Source: Lichenihabitans sp. | GTDB taxonomy: Bacteria > Pseudomonadota > Alphaproteobacteria > Rhizobiales > Beijerinckiaceae | NCBI GenBank assembly: GCA_965277115.1 | Contig: CBDIBY010000010.1 | Span: forward strand, 277,136 to 341,135 | Reading direction: 5' to 3' | Length of the DNA: 64,000 nucleotides | Shown here: piece by piece, positions 45,247-54,308 of the stretch | How positions within the stretch are numbered: position 1 is the stretch's first letter | How the letters are laid out: every line of letters begins with the position of its first letter | Notes under the pieces: model-generated | Seen by the model: only the letters and a program-made list of their open reading frames with translations | Told to the model about the DNA's origin: nothing | The model's database searches: none | Program-made: the position numbers and the translations under genes

Positions 45247-46095
45247 ATGTCACGCAGCGATACGACCGCCCTGTTCCGCCGCCGCCTGGAAAGCGTCATG
45301 GCCCGCTCGGGTCTGACCCCGGCCGGCTTCGCCCGCCGCGCCGGCATCGACCGCTCGACGCTGTCGCAGCTCATGAGTCCCGAGGCGCTGCGCCTGCCCC
45401 GCGCCGAGACGCTGGTGGCGATCGCCGGCGTCGCCCACGTCTCGGTCGATTGGCTGCTGGGGCTCAGCCAGCGCGAGGAGATCGGCTCCGAGATCATCGA
45501 GGCCATGCTGCAGATCGAGACCCACGATCGCATGCCGGCCGACGACCATTTCGGCGCCTGGCTCAGCGAGGCGCAGGGCTACCGCATCCGAACGGTGCCG
45601 GTGGCCGTGCCGGACTTCATGAAATCCGAGGCGGTGCTGCGGCTCGAATATCGCGCCGCCTTCGAGAAGGCGGCCCCCTCCCGACTCGAGGCCGTGAAGG
45701 CCCGGCTGCGGCTGATGGCCGGCCCGGAGAACGACGTCGAGGTCTGCGTCACGCTGCAGGCGTTGTGGGCTCTGGCCGAGGGACGCGAACTCTGGGAGGG
45801 CCTGTCGCGGCGCGACCGCCTCGAGCAGATCGAGCAGATGGCCGATCTCTACCGCGCCGCCTACCCGGGCCTGCGCCTCTATCTCTACGACCACCGCGAC
45901 ATCTACTCGGCGCCCTTCACCGTCTTCGGCCCGAAGCGAGCGATCCTCTTCCTCGGACACTCCTACCTGGTGCTCAACGGCTCCGACCACATCCGCATGT
46001 TCGCTCGCCGCTTCGACGAGATGATCCGGCTCGCGGTGGTGCAGCCGCACGCCGTCGAGGAGACGTTGCGGGCCCTGCGCGACCGGGTGGGTTGA
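45247..46095 (+). CDS. XRE-family HTH transcriptional regulator with uncharacterised C-terminal domain
   Basis: HTH: LTPAGFARRAGIDRSTLSQLMS...AETLVAIAGVAHVSVDWLLG. About 200 aa follow with no motif I recognise. Confidence 0.7.
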   Translation: MSRSDTTALFRRRLESVMARSGLTPAGFARRAGIDRSTLSQLMSPEALRLPRAETLVAIAGVAHVSVDWLLGLSQREEIGSEIIEAMLQIETHDRMPADDHFGAWLSEAQGYRIRTVPVAVPDFMKSEAVLRLEYRAAFEKAAPSRLEAVKARLRLMAGPENDVEVCVTLQALWALAEGRELWEGLSRRDRLEQIEQMADLYRAAYPGLRLYLYDHRDIYSAPFTVFGPKRAILFLGHSYLVLNGSDHIRMFARRFDEMIRLAVVQPHAVEETLRALRDRVG

Positions 46096-46106
46096 CGCAG
46101 CCTCGC

Positions 46107-46610
46107 TCAGACGGCGCCGGTCGGCCGCCAGTCGAACTCTCGCCGGATGCGGGCCAGGAGATGATCGCGGACGCCCCGATAGGCATCGAGCACGATAGCG
46201 CGCGAGCCCTCCGTCGCGGTCGGATCGAAGGTCGGCCAATAGATCACGTCGACCGCCATGGTGCGGGTATATTCGAGCGCCCGGTGATGCGCCTCGGGCG
46301 ACAGGCTGATGATGGCGTCGAAACTGTCATCCTCGAGATCCTCGAAACGCCGCGGCCGATGCCGCGACAGGTCGATGCCGACCTCATCCATGACGGCGGT
46401 GACAAAGGGATCGCGCTCCCCCGGCCGCACCCCGGCCGAGGCGAGATGCATCGCGCGGCCGAACCATTGGCGGGCCAGTGCCTCGGCCATGGGCGAGCGG
46501 ACCGCATTCTCCGAACAGGCGAAGAGCAGCGACTGCGGTCGCGGCGAGACCGTCCGTTGGGAGGCCGGCCACGAAGCTTCGCCTGGATCGGGAGGTCGCT
46601 CTACTGTCAT
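46107..46610 (-). CDS. Low-molecular-weight phosphotyrosine phosphatase / ArsC-like family protein
   Basis: Internal ATG (46610) of ORF 46107..47039. P-loop LLFACSENAVRSPMAEA (C-X5-R-S variant). A DP-containing loop WPTFDPT is present. Confidence 0.7.
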   Translation of the reverse strand: MTVERPPDPGEASWPASQRTVSPRPQSLLFACSENAVRSPMAEALARQWFGRAMHLASAGVRPGERDPFVTAVMDEVGIDLSRHRPRRFEDLEDDSFDAIISLSPEAHHRALEYTRTMAVDVIYWPTFDPTATEGSRAIVLDAYRGVRDHLLARIRREFDWRPTGAV

Positions 46611-46763
46611 CGGTTCCGGTGGCTTCGCCAAGCCAATATGCGATCGGGCTCGCCGCCGTAAAGGCCCCGTAGCGCCGGGCGCGGCGGCATCATGAGCCGC
46701 AGGCGATTCACTTCGCCCCGGCCCTGATCTATGCAGGGGCGATGACCCTGGAGACACCAATCC

Positions 46764-47312
46764 ATGCCGGCCCTCCGACGCCCGAGCCTCGCTGCGACGT
46801 TTCTGATCCTGTGGGTTGCCGCCGCGGCGGCGCAGGGGAAGCCCAACGTGCCGGTCGGCCAGGCGCCGGCCGCCACGACCGCGACCTATGGGGACTGGAC
46901 GCTGCGTTGCGAGACCGGGGCGCCGGGCGTGCCGGACCAGACCTTCTGCGAGGTCGTACAGACGCTGCAGGTCGAAGGGAAGTCGGCGCCCGTCGCCCAA
47001 GTGGCCGTCGGACGTCCCGATCACGGCCCGGCGCTGCATTTCATCGTGGCGTTGCCGGTCAACGTCAGCTTTCCGAGCAATGTCGTGGTCGGTCTCGATG
47101 CCGCCGACCCGAAGCCGCTCGACCTCGCCTGGAAACGCTGCTTGCCGGGGGCCTGCTTCGCCGATTCCATCGCGTCGGCCGAGGTGCTTCAGCGCTGGCG
47201 CGCCGCCACCGCCGGCCGCATCCGCTACCTCGATGCGGCGGGGCGCGACGTGGTGCTGCCGCTATCCTTCCGGGGCTTCGCACCGGCGCTCGACGCCCTC
47301 GGCAAGCGCTGA
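46764..47312 (+). CDS. Invasion-associated locus B (IalB) family periplasmic protein
   Basis: Signal peptide plus YGDWTLRCE....FCEVVQ...CLPGACFA, typical of the IalB family. Confidence 0.75.
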   Translation: MPALRRPSLAATFLILWVAAAAAQGKPNVPVGQAPAATTATYGDWTLRCETGAPGVPDQTFCEVVQTLQVEGKSAPVAQVAVGRPDHGPALHFIVALPVNVSFPSNVVVGLDAADPKPLDLAWKRCLPGACFADSIASAEVLQRWRAATAGRIRYLDAAGRDVVLPLSFRGFAPALDALGKR

Positions 47313-47362
47313 ACCACGGTCGCGGCGCGATAAAGCGATTGGAGCCCAGTCGCCCGGCTGGT

Positions 47363-48106
47363 ATGGTCACCATCCTGCAGACGAGGGTCGACGAGGTCTT
47401 GGCAGCGACGGAACCCATCGCGAGGCGAAAGCTGTCCGACGAGGTGTTCGATCGGCTGCGGCGGATGATCACCTCCGGGGAGGTGCGCCCGGGCGATGCG
47501 ATGCCCTCCGAGCGGGACTTGATGGAACGGTTCGGCGTAGGCCGGCCGGCGATCCGCGAAGCGATGCAGGCGCTGAGCAGCCTGGGCCTTCTGGCGATCT
47601 CGCACGGCGAGCGCGCCCGCGTCTGCGCGCTGACCGCCCGGTCGGTGACCCAGCAGGTCGACATGGCGGCCCAGATCATGCTGGCCACCTCGCCCGGTTC
47701 GCTCGATCACCTCAAGGACGCCCGGCTGTTTTTCGAGCGTGGCATGGTTCGCGCCGCCGCCGCGGAGGCGAAGCCCGCGGATGTGGCGCGCCTGAAAGAT
47801 CTCCTCGGCCTGCAGCGGGCGGCGCTCGGCGACGCCGGCCGCTTCATCCAAGCCGATATGGACTTTCATATCGCCATCGCCGCGATATCGGGCAATCCGA
47901 TCTATACGGCCGTCAGCGGGGCCATGCTGGGCTGGCTCAAGCGCTTTCACACCGAGTTGCTGCTCTGGTCCGGCAAGGAGACGCTCACGCTGGCCGAGCA
48001 CGAGGCGATCCTCGCTGCGATCGAGTTCCGGAATGCGGAGGCGGCCGACGAGGCCATGGCGAAGCACCTGACCCGCTCGGCCGCCCTCTATGTCCACCAT
48101 ACCTGA
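47363..48106 (+). CDS. GntR-family transcriptional regulator, FadR/FCD subfamily
   Basis: Internal ATG (47363) of ORF 46742..48106. HTH: PSERDLMERFGVGRPAIREAMQALSSLGLL. FCD domain with DMDFHIAIAAISGNP. Confidence 0.85.
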   Translation: MVTILQTRVDEVLAATEPIARRKLSDEVFDRLRRMITSGEVRPGDAMPSERDLMERFGVGRPAIREAMQALSSLGLLAISHGERARVCALTARSVTQQVDMAAQIMLATSPGSLDHLKDARLFFERGMVRAAAAEAKPADVARLKDLLGLQRAALGDAGRFIQADMDFHIAIAAISGNPIYTAVSGAMLGWLKRFHTELLLWSGKETLTLAEHEAILAAIEFRNAEAADEAMAKHLTRSAALYVHHT

Positions 48107-48235
48107 CGTCCTGCCCGGACGTCGGCGCCTTTTGCCTCCTACCGCTCGCGGGGTATGTCGCCGGCGCCCGACTTGCGCAAATTGGGCGCCTTGTACCGGC
48201 CGGAACGATCGCCGGACCGCGGGGGTAGCAATAGG

Positions 48236-48997
48236 ATGATACTGGCGGGCCGGGTCGCGATCGTCACGGGGGCGGGCTCCGGCATCGGACGCGCCGCCGC
48301 CGCCGCCATGGCGCGCGAAGGTGCCCATGTCGTCGTCGTCGATCGCGACCAGGACGCCGGTGAGGAGACCGTCGCCGCGATCCGCGGCGCCGAGGGTCAG
48401 GCCGTGGCATTCGCGGCCGACGTCACCGACGATGAGGCGATCCAGACGATCGTCCGCCAGGCCGTCGACCGCTTCGGTCGGATCGACATCCTGCACAATC
48501 ACGCAGGCCTCCAGGTCGAGGGAAGCCTCGAAGACGTGCCGATCGGCGGCTTCGACCGCTCTTGGGAGGTCAATGTCCGCGCCCATTTCATGGCGGCGCG
48601 CTTCTGCGTGCCGATCATGAAGGATCAAGGCGGCGGGGTGATCCTGAACACATCGTCGAGCTCGGGCGTGCTCTACGACCGGGAAATGATCGCCTATTCG
48701 ACGACCAAGCATGCCGTCATCGCCATGACCCGGCAGATGGCACTCGATTACGCCCGCTTCAACGTGAGGGTGAACGCCGTCTGTCCCGGCTGGGTCGACA
48801 CGTCCTTCAATGCGCCGTTCATCAAGCAGATGGGCGGACGCGAGGCGGTCGATGCCTATGTGCGCGACCGCGTGCCGATGGGCCGCTGGGGACGGGTCGA
48901 GGAGATCGCCGAGGCCGTGCTGTTCCTGGTCTCGGACAGGTCCTCCTATCTGACCGGACAGGCCCTCGTCGTCGACGGTGGCGAGACGATCGCGTAA
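48236..48997 (+). CDS. Short-chain dehydrogenase/reductase (SDR)
   Basis: Internal ATG (48236). TGAGSGIGRAAA cofactor motif, NHAG, and catalytic YSTTKHAV. Confidence 0.9.
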   Translation: MILAGRVAIVTGAGSGIGRAAAAAMAREGAHVVVVDRDQDAGEETVAAIRGAEGQAVAFAADVTDDEAIQTIVRQAVDRFGRIDILHNHAGLQVEGSLEDVPIGGFDRSWEVNVRAHFMAARFCVPIMKDQGGGVILNTSSSSGVLYDREMIAYSTTKHAVIAMTRQMALDYARFNVRVNAVCPGWVDTSFNAPFIKQMGGREAVDAYVRDRVPMGRWGRVEEIAEAVLFLVSDRSSYLTGQALVVDGGETIA

Positions 48998-49039
48998 CGG
49001 ACGACGGTCGCTGGGCCGGCGGCCCGTCTCTGAACACGC

Positions 49040-49660
49040 TCAGTGCGCCGCCGCGGTGATGATGCCCTTGCTGGTCGTCACCACCCAGGCGTCGCCGCGG
49101 CGCTGGATCGCCAGCACCTCGCCGGCCCCCTCGAGCGTCGAGCCGGGCGCGACCAGCGTGATGCCGTCGCGCGACTCGACCAGCGCCTTGTCGTCGAACA
49201 CGTCGCGCAGGATGAAGCTCTTGAGCGTCGGCGGTCCGGCGTCGGCCGCCGGGCTTGCCACTGCGTGCTCGCGCACGGCGCCAGGCTCGACCGATCCGGT
49301 CGGCGCGAAATCGACCCCGCTCCCGGCAGGGGCGGAGGGCGACGTTCCGTTCCCGCCTGCATCCGCCGTCATCGGCAGCCGGTCGGAGCGGCCCTGCAAC
49401 AGCGGCGTCACGTGGCTGTCGGACGGCAGGCTGCGCGGGCCGAGATGCGCCAGCACGCCGAAATTCGCGGCACTCGGGAAGCGGACGTGGCTCGGGCCGA
49501 TCACGACCATATAGGCCGCGAAGGAAGCCGAGACGGTGGCGGCGCCGACGCCGAGGCCGCCCCACAGCCAGTCGCCGGACCCGCGCCCCAGGAATGAGCC
49601 GGGATTGAACTTCGGACCGCTCGATGCCACGACGACCTCATCTCTTGTTCTGCAGCGCAT
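49040..49660 (-). CDS. Hypothetical membrane-anchored protein downstream of fliI
   Basis: High GC3. One TM segment (WLWGGLGVGAATVSASFAAYMVVIG), a Pro/Ala/Gly-rich linker, and a ~70-aa C-terminal domain. The start is either ATG 49660 (23-nt overlap with fliI) or GTG 49630 (GAGG SD). Confidence 0.5.
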   Translation of the reverse strand: MRCRTRDEVVVASSGPKFNPGSFLGRGSGDWLWGGLGVGAATVSASFAAYMVVIGPSHVRFPSAANFGVLAHLGPRSLPSDSHVTPLLQGRSDRLPMTADAGGNGTSPSAPAGSGVDFAPTGSVEPGAVREHAVASPAADAGPPTLKSFILRDVFDDKALVESRDGITLVAPGSTLEGAGEVLAIQRRGDAWVVTTSKGIITAAAH

Positions 49661-50966
49661 TGGCGAGATCGCGGAAGGCGTCCTCGCTCAAGCCCGCCTG
49701 GGGGGATTGCACCAGCGACTCGTAGATGCGCGGCACGAGCGACACGGCCTGGTCGAGCTCGCCATCGCTGCCGGGCTTGTAGGCCCCCATGGCGCGCAGA
49801 TCGCGGGTGTCCTCGAACCGCGCGATCATCTCGCGCAGGCGCCCGACGAGCGTGCGCTGCTCGGGCGTCCAGACGTGCTGGGCGAGGCGGGAGAGCGACA
49901 TCAGGAGGTCGATGGCCGGGTAGCGGCCCTGCGCGGCGATCTTGCGGTCGAGCACGATATGGCCGTCGAGCGTGCCGCGGATCGCGTCGGCCACGGGATC
50001 GTTGTGATCGTCGCCGTCGACGAGGACGGAGAAGATGCCGGTGATGTTGCCCTGTCCTTCGAGGCCTGGGCCAGCGCGTTCCAGCAGCTTCGGCAGGTCG
50101 CTGAAGACGCTCGGCGCATAGCCACGCGCCACGGCAGGCTCGCCGGCCGCAAGGGCGACGTCGCGCGCGGCGTGGGCATAACGGGTCACCGAATCGACGA
50201 TCAGCAGCACCTCGTCGCCCGCGTCGCGGAAACGTTCGGCGATGCCCATCGCTGTCTTGGGCGCCATGCGACGCATCATCGGGCTCTCATCGCCGGTCGA
50301 GACCACCGTCACGGCCCGCGCCCGGTTGGCGCCGAGCGCCTCCTCGATGAATTCGCGCACCTCGCGGCCACGTTCGCCGACGAGCGCGATGACGACCGTA
50401 TCGAAGCCTCGGCAGGCGGCCAGCATGCCGAGCAGCGTCGACTTGCCGACGCCCGAGCCGGCGAAGATGCCGATCCGCTGTCCGGCGCAGATCGGGGTGA
50501 AGATGTCGATGGCGGTGACGCCCGTCCGGAGCGCGCCCTTGACGCGTCCCCGCCGCAGCGCGGCCGGCGGCTCGGCGTCGCCCTGCACCATGCGGTTGCC
50601 GCGCGGCAGCGAGCCGAGGTCGTCGACCGGCTCGCCGAGGGCGTTGATCACGCGGCCCTTCCAGCTCGCGTCGGGGGCGAAGCTGAAGGCTTTCGTACGG
50701 CGCACCGGCGCTCCCAGACGCGCCTCCACCCGCGTGCCGAAACTCTTCACCGTAACGCCGGCGCGATCGACCCGTACGATTTCACCGGGCTGGCTTACGC
50801 CCTCCGTCTCGAAGGCCACCGCATCGCCGAGCCTGACGAAGGCGGAGAGCCCGGAAACCCGGTAGGCGCTCGGTGTCACTTCCGTGATCCGCCCGGCGAC
50901 GTCGACCAGCGGCACTGCGGCGGACGCCTGGCGGAGCCCTTGCGCGAGGCGCGCGAGCGCGTTCAC
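49638..50966 (-). CDS. fliI: Flagellum-specific ATP synthase FliI
   Basis: Walker A GSGVGKSTLLGMLA and Walker B LLIVDSVTR with F1/T3SS ATPase architecture. GTG start with GGAGG SD. Confidence 0.95.
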   Translation of the reverse strand: MNALARLAQGLRQASAAVPLVDVAGRITEVTPSAYRVSGLSAFVRLGDAVAFETEGVSQPGEIVRVDRAGVTVKSFGTRVEARLGAPVRRTKAFSFAPDASWKGRVINALGEPVDDLGSLPRGNRMVQGDAEPPAALRRGRVKGALRTGVTAIDIFTPICAGQRIGIFAGSGVGKSTLLGMLAACRGFDTVVIALVGERGREVREFIEEALGANRARAVTVVSTGDESPMMRRMAPKTAMGIAERFRDAGDEVLLIVDSVTRYAHAARDVALAAGEPAVARGYAPSVFSDLPKLLERAGPGLEGQGNITGIFSVLVDGDDHNDPVADAIRGTLDGHIVLDRKIAAQGRYPAIDLLMSLSRLAQHVWTPEQRTLVGRLREMIARFEDTRDLRAMGAYKPGSDGELDQAVSLVPRIYESLVQSPQAGLSEDAFRDLANALQNKR

Positions 50967-51000
50967 CGATCAGCCTCCGCAGACGGGCTCCGGCGCTCGC

Positions 51001-51726
51001 TCACGACGCGCCTCCGAGCGTCTTGATCGCGTCGTTCATTGAGGTGTCGGCCGTCGTGTTGGTCTGGGCCAGGCCGTCGAGCGCATGCTGGATGGTGATC
51101 AGCTTGGCGAGTTCGAGCACCGGATTGACGTTCGATCCCTCGACGAAACCCTGCTGCAGGCCCGAGGCGGTGAAGTCGAGCACCGCGGTCGCCGCCTTGT
51201 CCGGAATGACGCCGGAATTGGTGGCGCGGGTCAGCCTGGCCGCCGGATCGATGCTGAACAGCCCGATGGCGCCGACCTGGTTGGCGCCCTGGGTGATCAT
51301 GCCGTCCGAGGAGATGGCGGGCGTGCCGCCGTTGGGGTCGAGCAGCAGGCCGGTGCCGCCGGCATCGAGGACAGGATAGTTGTTGAGCGTCATCAGCTGG
51401 CCCGAGGGGTCCATCTTCATGCGTCCGTCGCGCGTGTAGACGGTGCCGCCCGGCGTCTTGATGGCCATGTAGCCGTCGCCCTGCACGGCCACGTCGAGCG
51501 GGTTGTCGGTCTTGGTCAGCTCGCCGGTCCGGCGCGAGATGTAGTCGGTGCCCTGCGAGCTGAAGGCCACCGGCGCGTCGTTGGCGTTCGACAGGATGGT
51601 CGAGAAGGTGACCCCGTCGGCGCGGAAGCCCGGGGTGTTCATGTTGGCGATATTGTTGGCGACCGATTGCAGCCGCCGGTCGATGGCCATCTGGCCCGAC
51701 ATGCCGACGTAGAAGTTCGATTGCAT
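51001..51726 (-). CDS. flgF: Flagellar basal-body rod protein FlgF
   Basis: Internal ATG (51726) of ORF 51001..52452. N-terminus MQSNFYVGMSGQMAIDRRLQSVANNIANMNTPGFR. C-terminus GFVEGSNVNPVLELAKLI. Confidence 0.85.
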   Translation of the reverse strand: MQSNFYVGMSGQMAIDRRLQSVANNIANMNTPGFRADGVTFSTILSNANDAPVAFSSQGTDYISRRTGELTKTDNPLDVAVQGDGYMAIKTPGGTVYTRDGRMKMDPSGQLMTLNNYPVLDAGGTGLLLDPNGGTPAISSDGMITQGANQVGAIGLFSIDPAARLTRATNSGVIPDKAATAVLDFTASGLQQGFVEGSNVNPVLELAKLITIQHALDGLAQTNTTADTSMNDAIKTLGGAS

Positions 51727-52029
51727 GGACCTGGCGGACTCCTCGTCGCGGACCGGCGGCGTCGGCGCCCGGTCGACCCGTCGTGTCGGCCGAAAGCCCG
51801 GGCGAGCGTCGCCTCGATCGCGCCTCTCCTCACCCTTGCGCCGGCGACTTGCCCGAGGCTGACGTGAGTCGGACCCGGGGCGCGACGGCGCCAGACCGTT
51901 CCGAGACAGGTTCGGGCAAGGCTGCCCTGGTGGATTGGAGCGGCGGACCCGAGGCGCAGGACCGTCCCGGCGCGGTGACCGCGCGGGGCGGTTCAGGTCG
52001 AGACGGCAGGCAGCACTGGAGCACGAGCC

Positions 52030-52905
52030 TTGAATTTCATCATCGGCGTCATCGTCGCCATGGGCTGCGTCATGGGCGGCTACGTCGCCAACGGCGGCCA
52101 CGCCTCGGTGCTGTGGCAGCCCTACGAACTCCTGATCATCATCGGCTCGGCGCTCGGCACCTTCATCATCGCCAATCCGCTCGGCACCATCAAGGACACC
52201 GGCAAGGCCATCTTCGAAGCCATCAAGGGCGCCTCGCCGAAGAACCGCGACTATCTCGACCTGCTCGGCGTGCTCTATTCGCTGATGCGCGAATTGCGCG
52301 GCAACGCCCGCAACGAGGTCGAGGGCCATATCGACAATCCGCAGGAATCCGAGCTCTTCAAGAAATATCCCAAGGTGCTGGCCGACAAGGAGATGACGAC
52401 ATTCATCTGCGACTATTGCCGGCTGATCATGATCGGCAATGCCCGCACCCACGAGATCGAATCGCTGATGGACGAGGAGATCCAGACGATCATGCGTGAC
52501 CGGCTAAAGCCCTCGCATGCGCTCCAATCGGTGGCCGACGGCCTGCCGGCGCTCGGCATCGTGGCCGCGGTGCTCGGCGTCATCCATGCCATGGGCGCGC
52601 TCGACCAGGCACCGGAGGTGCTCGGCGAGCTCATCGGCGCGGCGCTCGTCGGCACCTTCGCCGGCATCTTCATGTCCTACGGCCTCGCGGCGCCGCTCGC
52701 CCACAAGATCAAGGTGGTGCGCGACAAGCGCAGCCGGCTCTACATCATCATCAAGCAGTCGCTGCTCGCCTTCATGAACGGCGCGGTCCCGCTGATCGCG
52801 CTCGAGCACGGCCGCAAGACGATCTCCGCCCATGACCGCCCCTCGATCGACGAGCTCGAGAACGAGACGCTCGGCGGCGGCGAAGCCAGCAAGAAGGCCG
52901 CATGA
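52030..52905 (+). CDS. motA: Flagellar motor stator protein MotA
   Basis: TTG start. (M)[17 protein letters not shown], four TM segments, and the conserved [14 protein letters not shown] region. Confidence 0.9.
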   Translation: MNFIIGVIVAMGCVMGGYVANGGHASVLWQPYELLIIIGSALGTFIIANPLGTIKDTGKAIFEAIKGASPKNRDYLDLLGVLYSLMRELRGNARNEVEGHIDNPQESELFKKYPKVLADKEMTTFICDYCRLIMIGNARTHEIESLMDEEIQTIMRDRLKPSHALQSVADGLPALGIVAAVLGVIHAMGALDQAPEVLGELIGAALVGTFAGIFMSYGLAAPLAHKIKVVRDKRSRLYIIIKQSLLAFMNGAVPLIALEHGRKTISAHDRPSIDELENETLGGGEASKKAA

Positions 52906-53837
52906 GCATGTCCGCCTTCGCCAAGACGGCGGCCGTCTCGGCTCCCGGACAATGGTTCGGCGAGGGCGGTCGGTCGTGGCTCGACCGGCTGCCCCGTTTC
53001 GGCGACGCGATGGCCGAGGTCGCCCGCGCGCTCTCCGAAAGCCTCGGCGCGCTGTCGGCCTCGCCCGGCGAGGTCCGCTTCCATGGTGCCGCGACGAGCC
53101 GGGTGGACGAGTTGCTCGACCGCGGCGGACCTCCGGCGATCTTCGTCCTCGCCCAGGCGGCCGGCTGGAATGCCGCGATCGCCTTCCGGATCGGCCAACC
53201 CTTCGTCAGCGTCATGGTGCAGGCGATGTTCGGCGCCTGCGAGGACGATGTCGAGATTCCCGAGAACGGCGTCTTGAGCCCGGTCGAGCGGCGCATCGCC
53301 GAGATCCTCGCCGAACATGTCGCCGAAGCGCTTTCCCGCGGCTTCATGGCCATCCTGCCGTCGACCTTCGCGGTCGAACCGGTCAAGGCGAAGCCGGATC
53401 CATCGCGGCTCGGCAAGCCAAACGGCCTCGTGACCGTGGCGACGCTGGTCATGCGCAGCATCGGTCCCCCGGTCGAGATCGACGTGATCGTGCCGCAGCA
53501 GGCGCTCGAAGCCTTCGACGATGAACTCTCGGCGCTCGGCGAGGATGCGACGGCCAGGGCCGATCCGCATTGGAGCGAGCGGCTCGGGAGCGAGGTCAGC
53601 CGGACGCGGATGAAGCTGCAGGCCCGGCTGGCGCTGCCGCCGATGCGGCTCGGCGACGTCGCCCGCCTCACGGTCGGCCAGATGCTCCCCTTCGCGACGG
53701 GCGCCGGCGGCGAAGCCGTCCTGTCCTCCGGGGGCACGGACCTGTTCCGTTGCGAACTCGGCCAGACGGGAGGGCTCTACAGTCTCAGGATCGGTGAGGA
53801 CATCGCCGCCGGATCATCCCCGCACAAGGATGAATGA
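52902..53837 (+). CDS. fliM: Flagellar motor switch protein FliM (rhizobial type)
   Basis: ATGA overlap with the motA stop. It occupies the motA-fliM-fliN-fliG-flhB position as in Rhizobiaceae. The C-terminal SpoA-like region reads [20 protein letters not shown]. No enteric-type LSQxEIDALL N-terminal motif is visible. Confidence 0.7.
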   Translation: MSMSAFAKTAAVSAPGQWFGEGGRSWLDRLPRFGDAMAEVARALSESLGALSASPGEVRFHGAATSRVDELLDRGGPPAIFVLAQAAGWNAAIAFRIGQPFVSVMVQAMFGACEDDVEIPENGVLSPVERRIAEILAEHVAEALSRGFMAILPSTFAVEPVKAKPDPSRLGKPNGLVTVATLVMRSIGPPVEIDVIVPQQALEAFDDELSALGEDATARADPHWSERLGSEVSRTRMKLQARLALPPMRLGDVARLTVGQMLPFATGAGGEAVLSSGGTDLFRCELGQTGGLYSLRIGEDIAAGSSPHKDE

Positions 53838-53911
53838 CCATCATCTCCACGACCAAGGCCGCAACGCCGATGCGCCGGCCGGGCCCCTCGATCCACAGGG
53901 TAGACTGAACG

Positions 53912-54220
53912 ATGTCGATTGACGGTGACGTGATCGTGGAGGTGGCAGCCGAGACGCCGACGCTCGACACCATTCTGAACATTCCGGTGTCGGTCCAGGT
54001 GGTCCTCGGCGGCACCACCATGCCGGTGTCGGCCCTGATGAAGCTCGGGCGCGGCGCCATCGTGACGCTCGACCAGCGCGTCGGCCAGCCGGTCGACGTG
54101 GTGGTCAACGGACATGTCGTTGCGCGCGGCGAGATGGTGGTCATCGAGGGCGACGCCTCGCGCCTCGGCGTGTCGCTGACCGACATCGTGGGCACGACGA
54201 AAGCGTCCCTGCGGGGTTGA
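53912..54220 (+). CDS. fliN: Flagellar motor switch protein FliN
   Basis: SpoA domain: LNIPVSVQVVLGGTTMPVSALMKLGRGAIVTLDQRVGQPVDVVVNGHVVARGEMVV. Confidence 0.85.
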   Translation: MSIDGDVIVEVAAETPTLDTILNIPVSVQVVLGGTTMPVSALMKLGRGAIVTLDQRVGQPVDVVVNGHVVARGEMVVIEGDASRLGVSLTDIVGTTKASLRG

Positions 54221-54308
54221 ACCGCGCCCCTGGGCGCGACGGCGGCAGGCCACCGCATCGCCGGTCGCGGCCGGCCGGAGCCGCGATCCCATCTTCGAGG
54301 ACCCCCGC

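Noticed and set aside
46816-48228. 470-aa + ORF spanning the IalB and GntR genes (also 47225..48712 -, 495 aa)
   Set aside because: It is out of frame with two well-supported genes (IalB with a signal peptide and Cys pattern, FadR-type GntR with an HTH). The sequence is Arg/Pro/Gly-rich.
49536-51026. 496-aa + ORF
   Set aside because: It is antisense to fliI.
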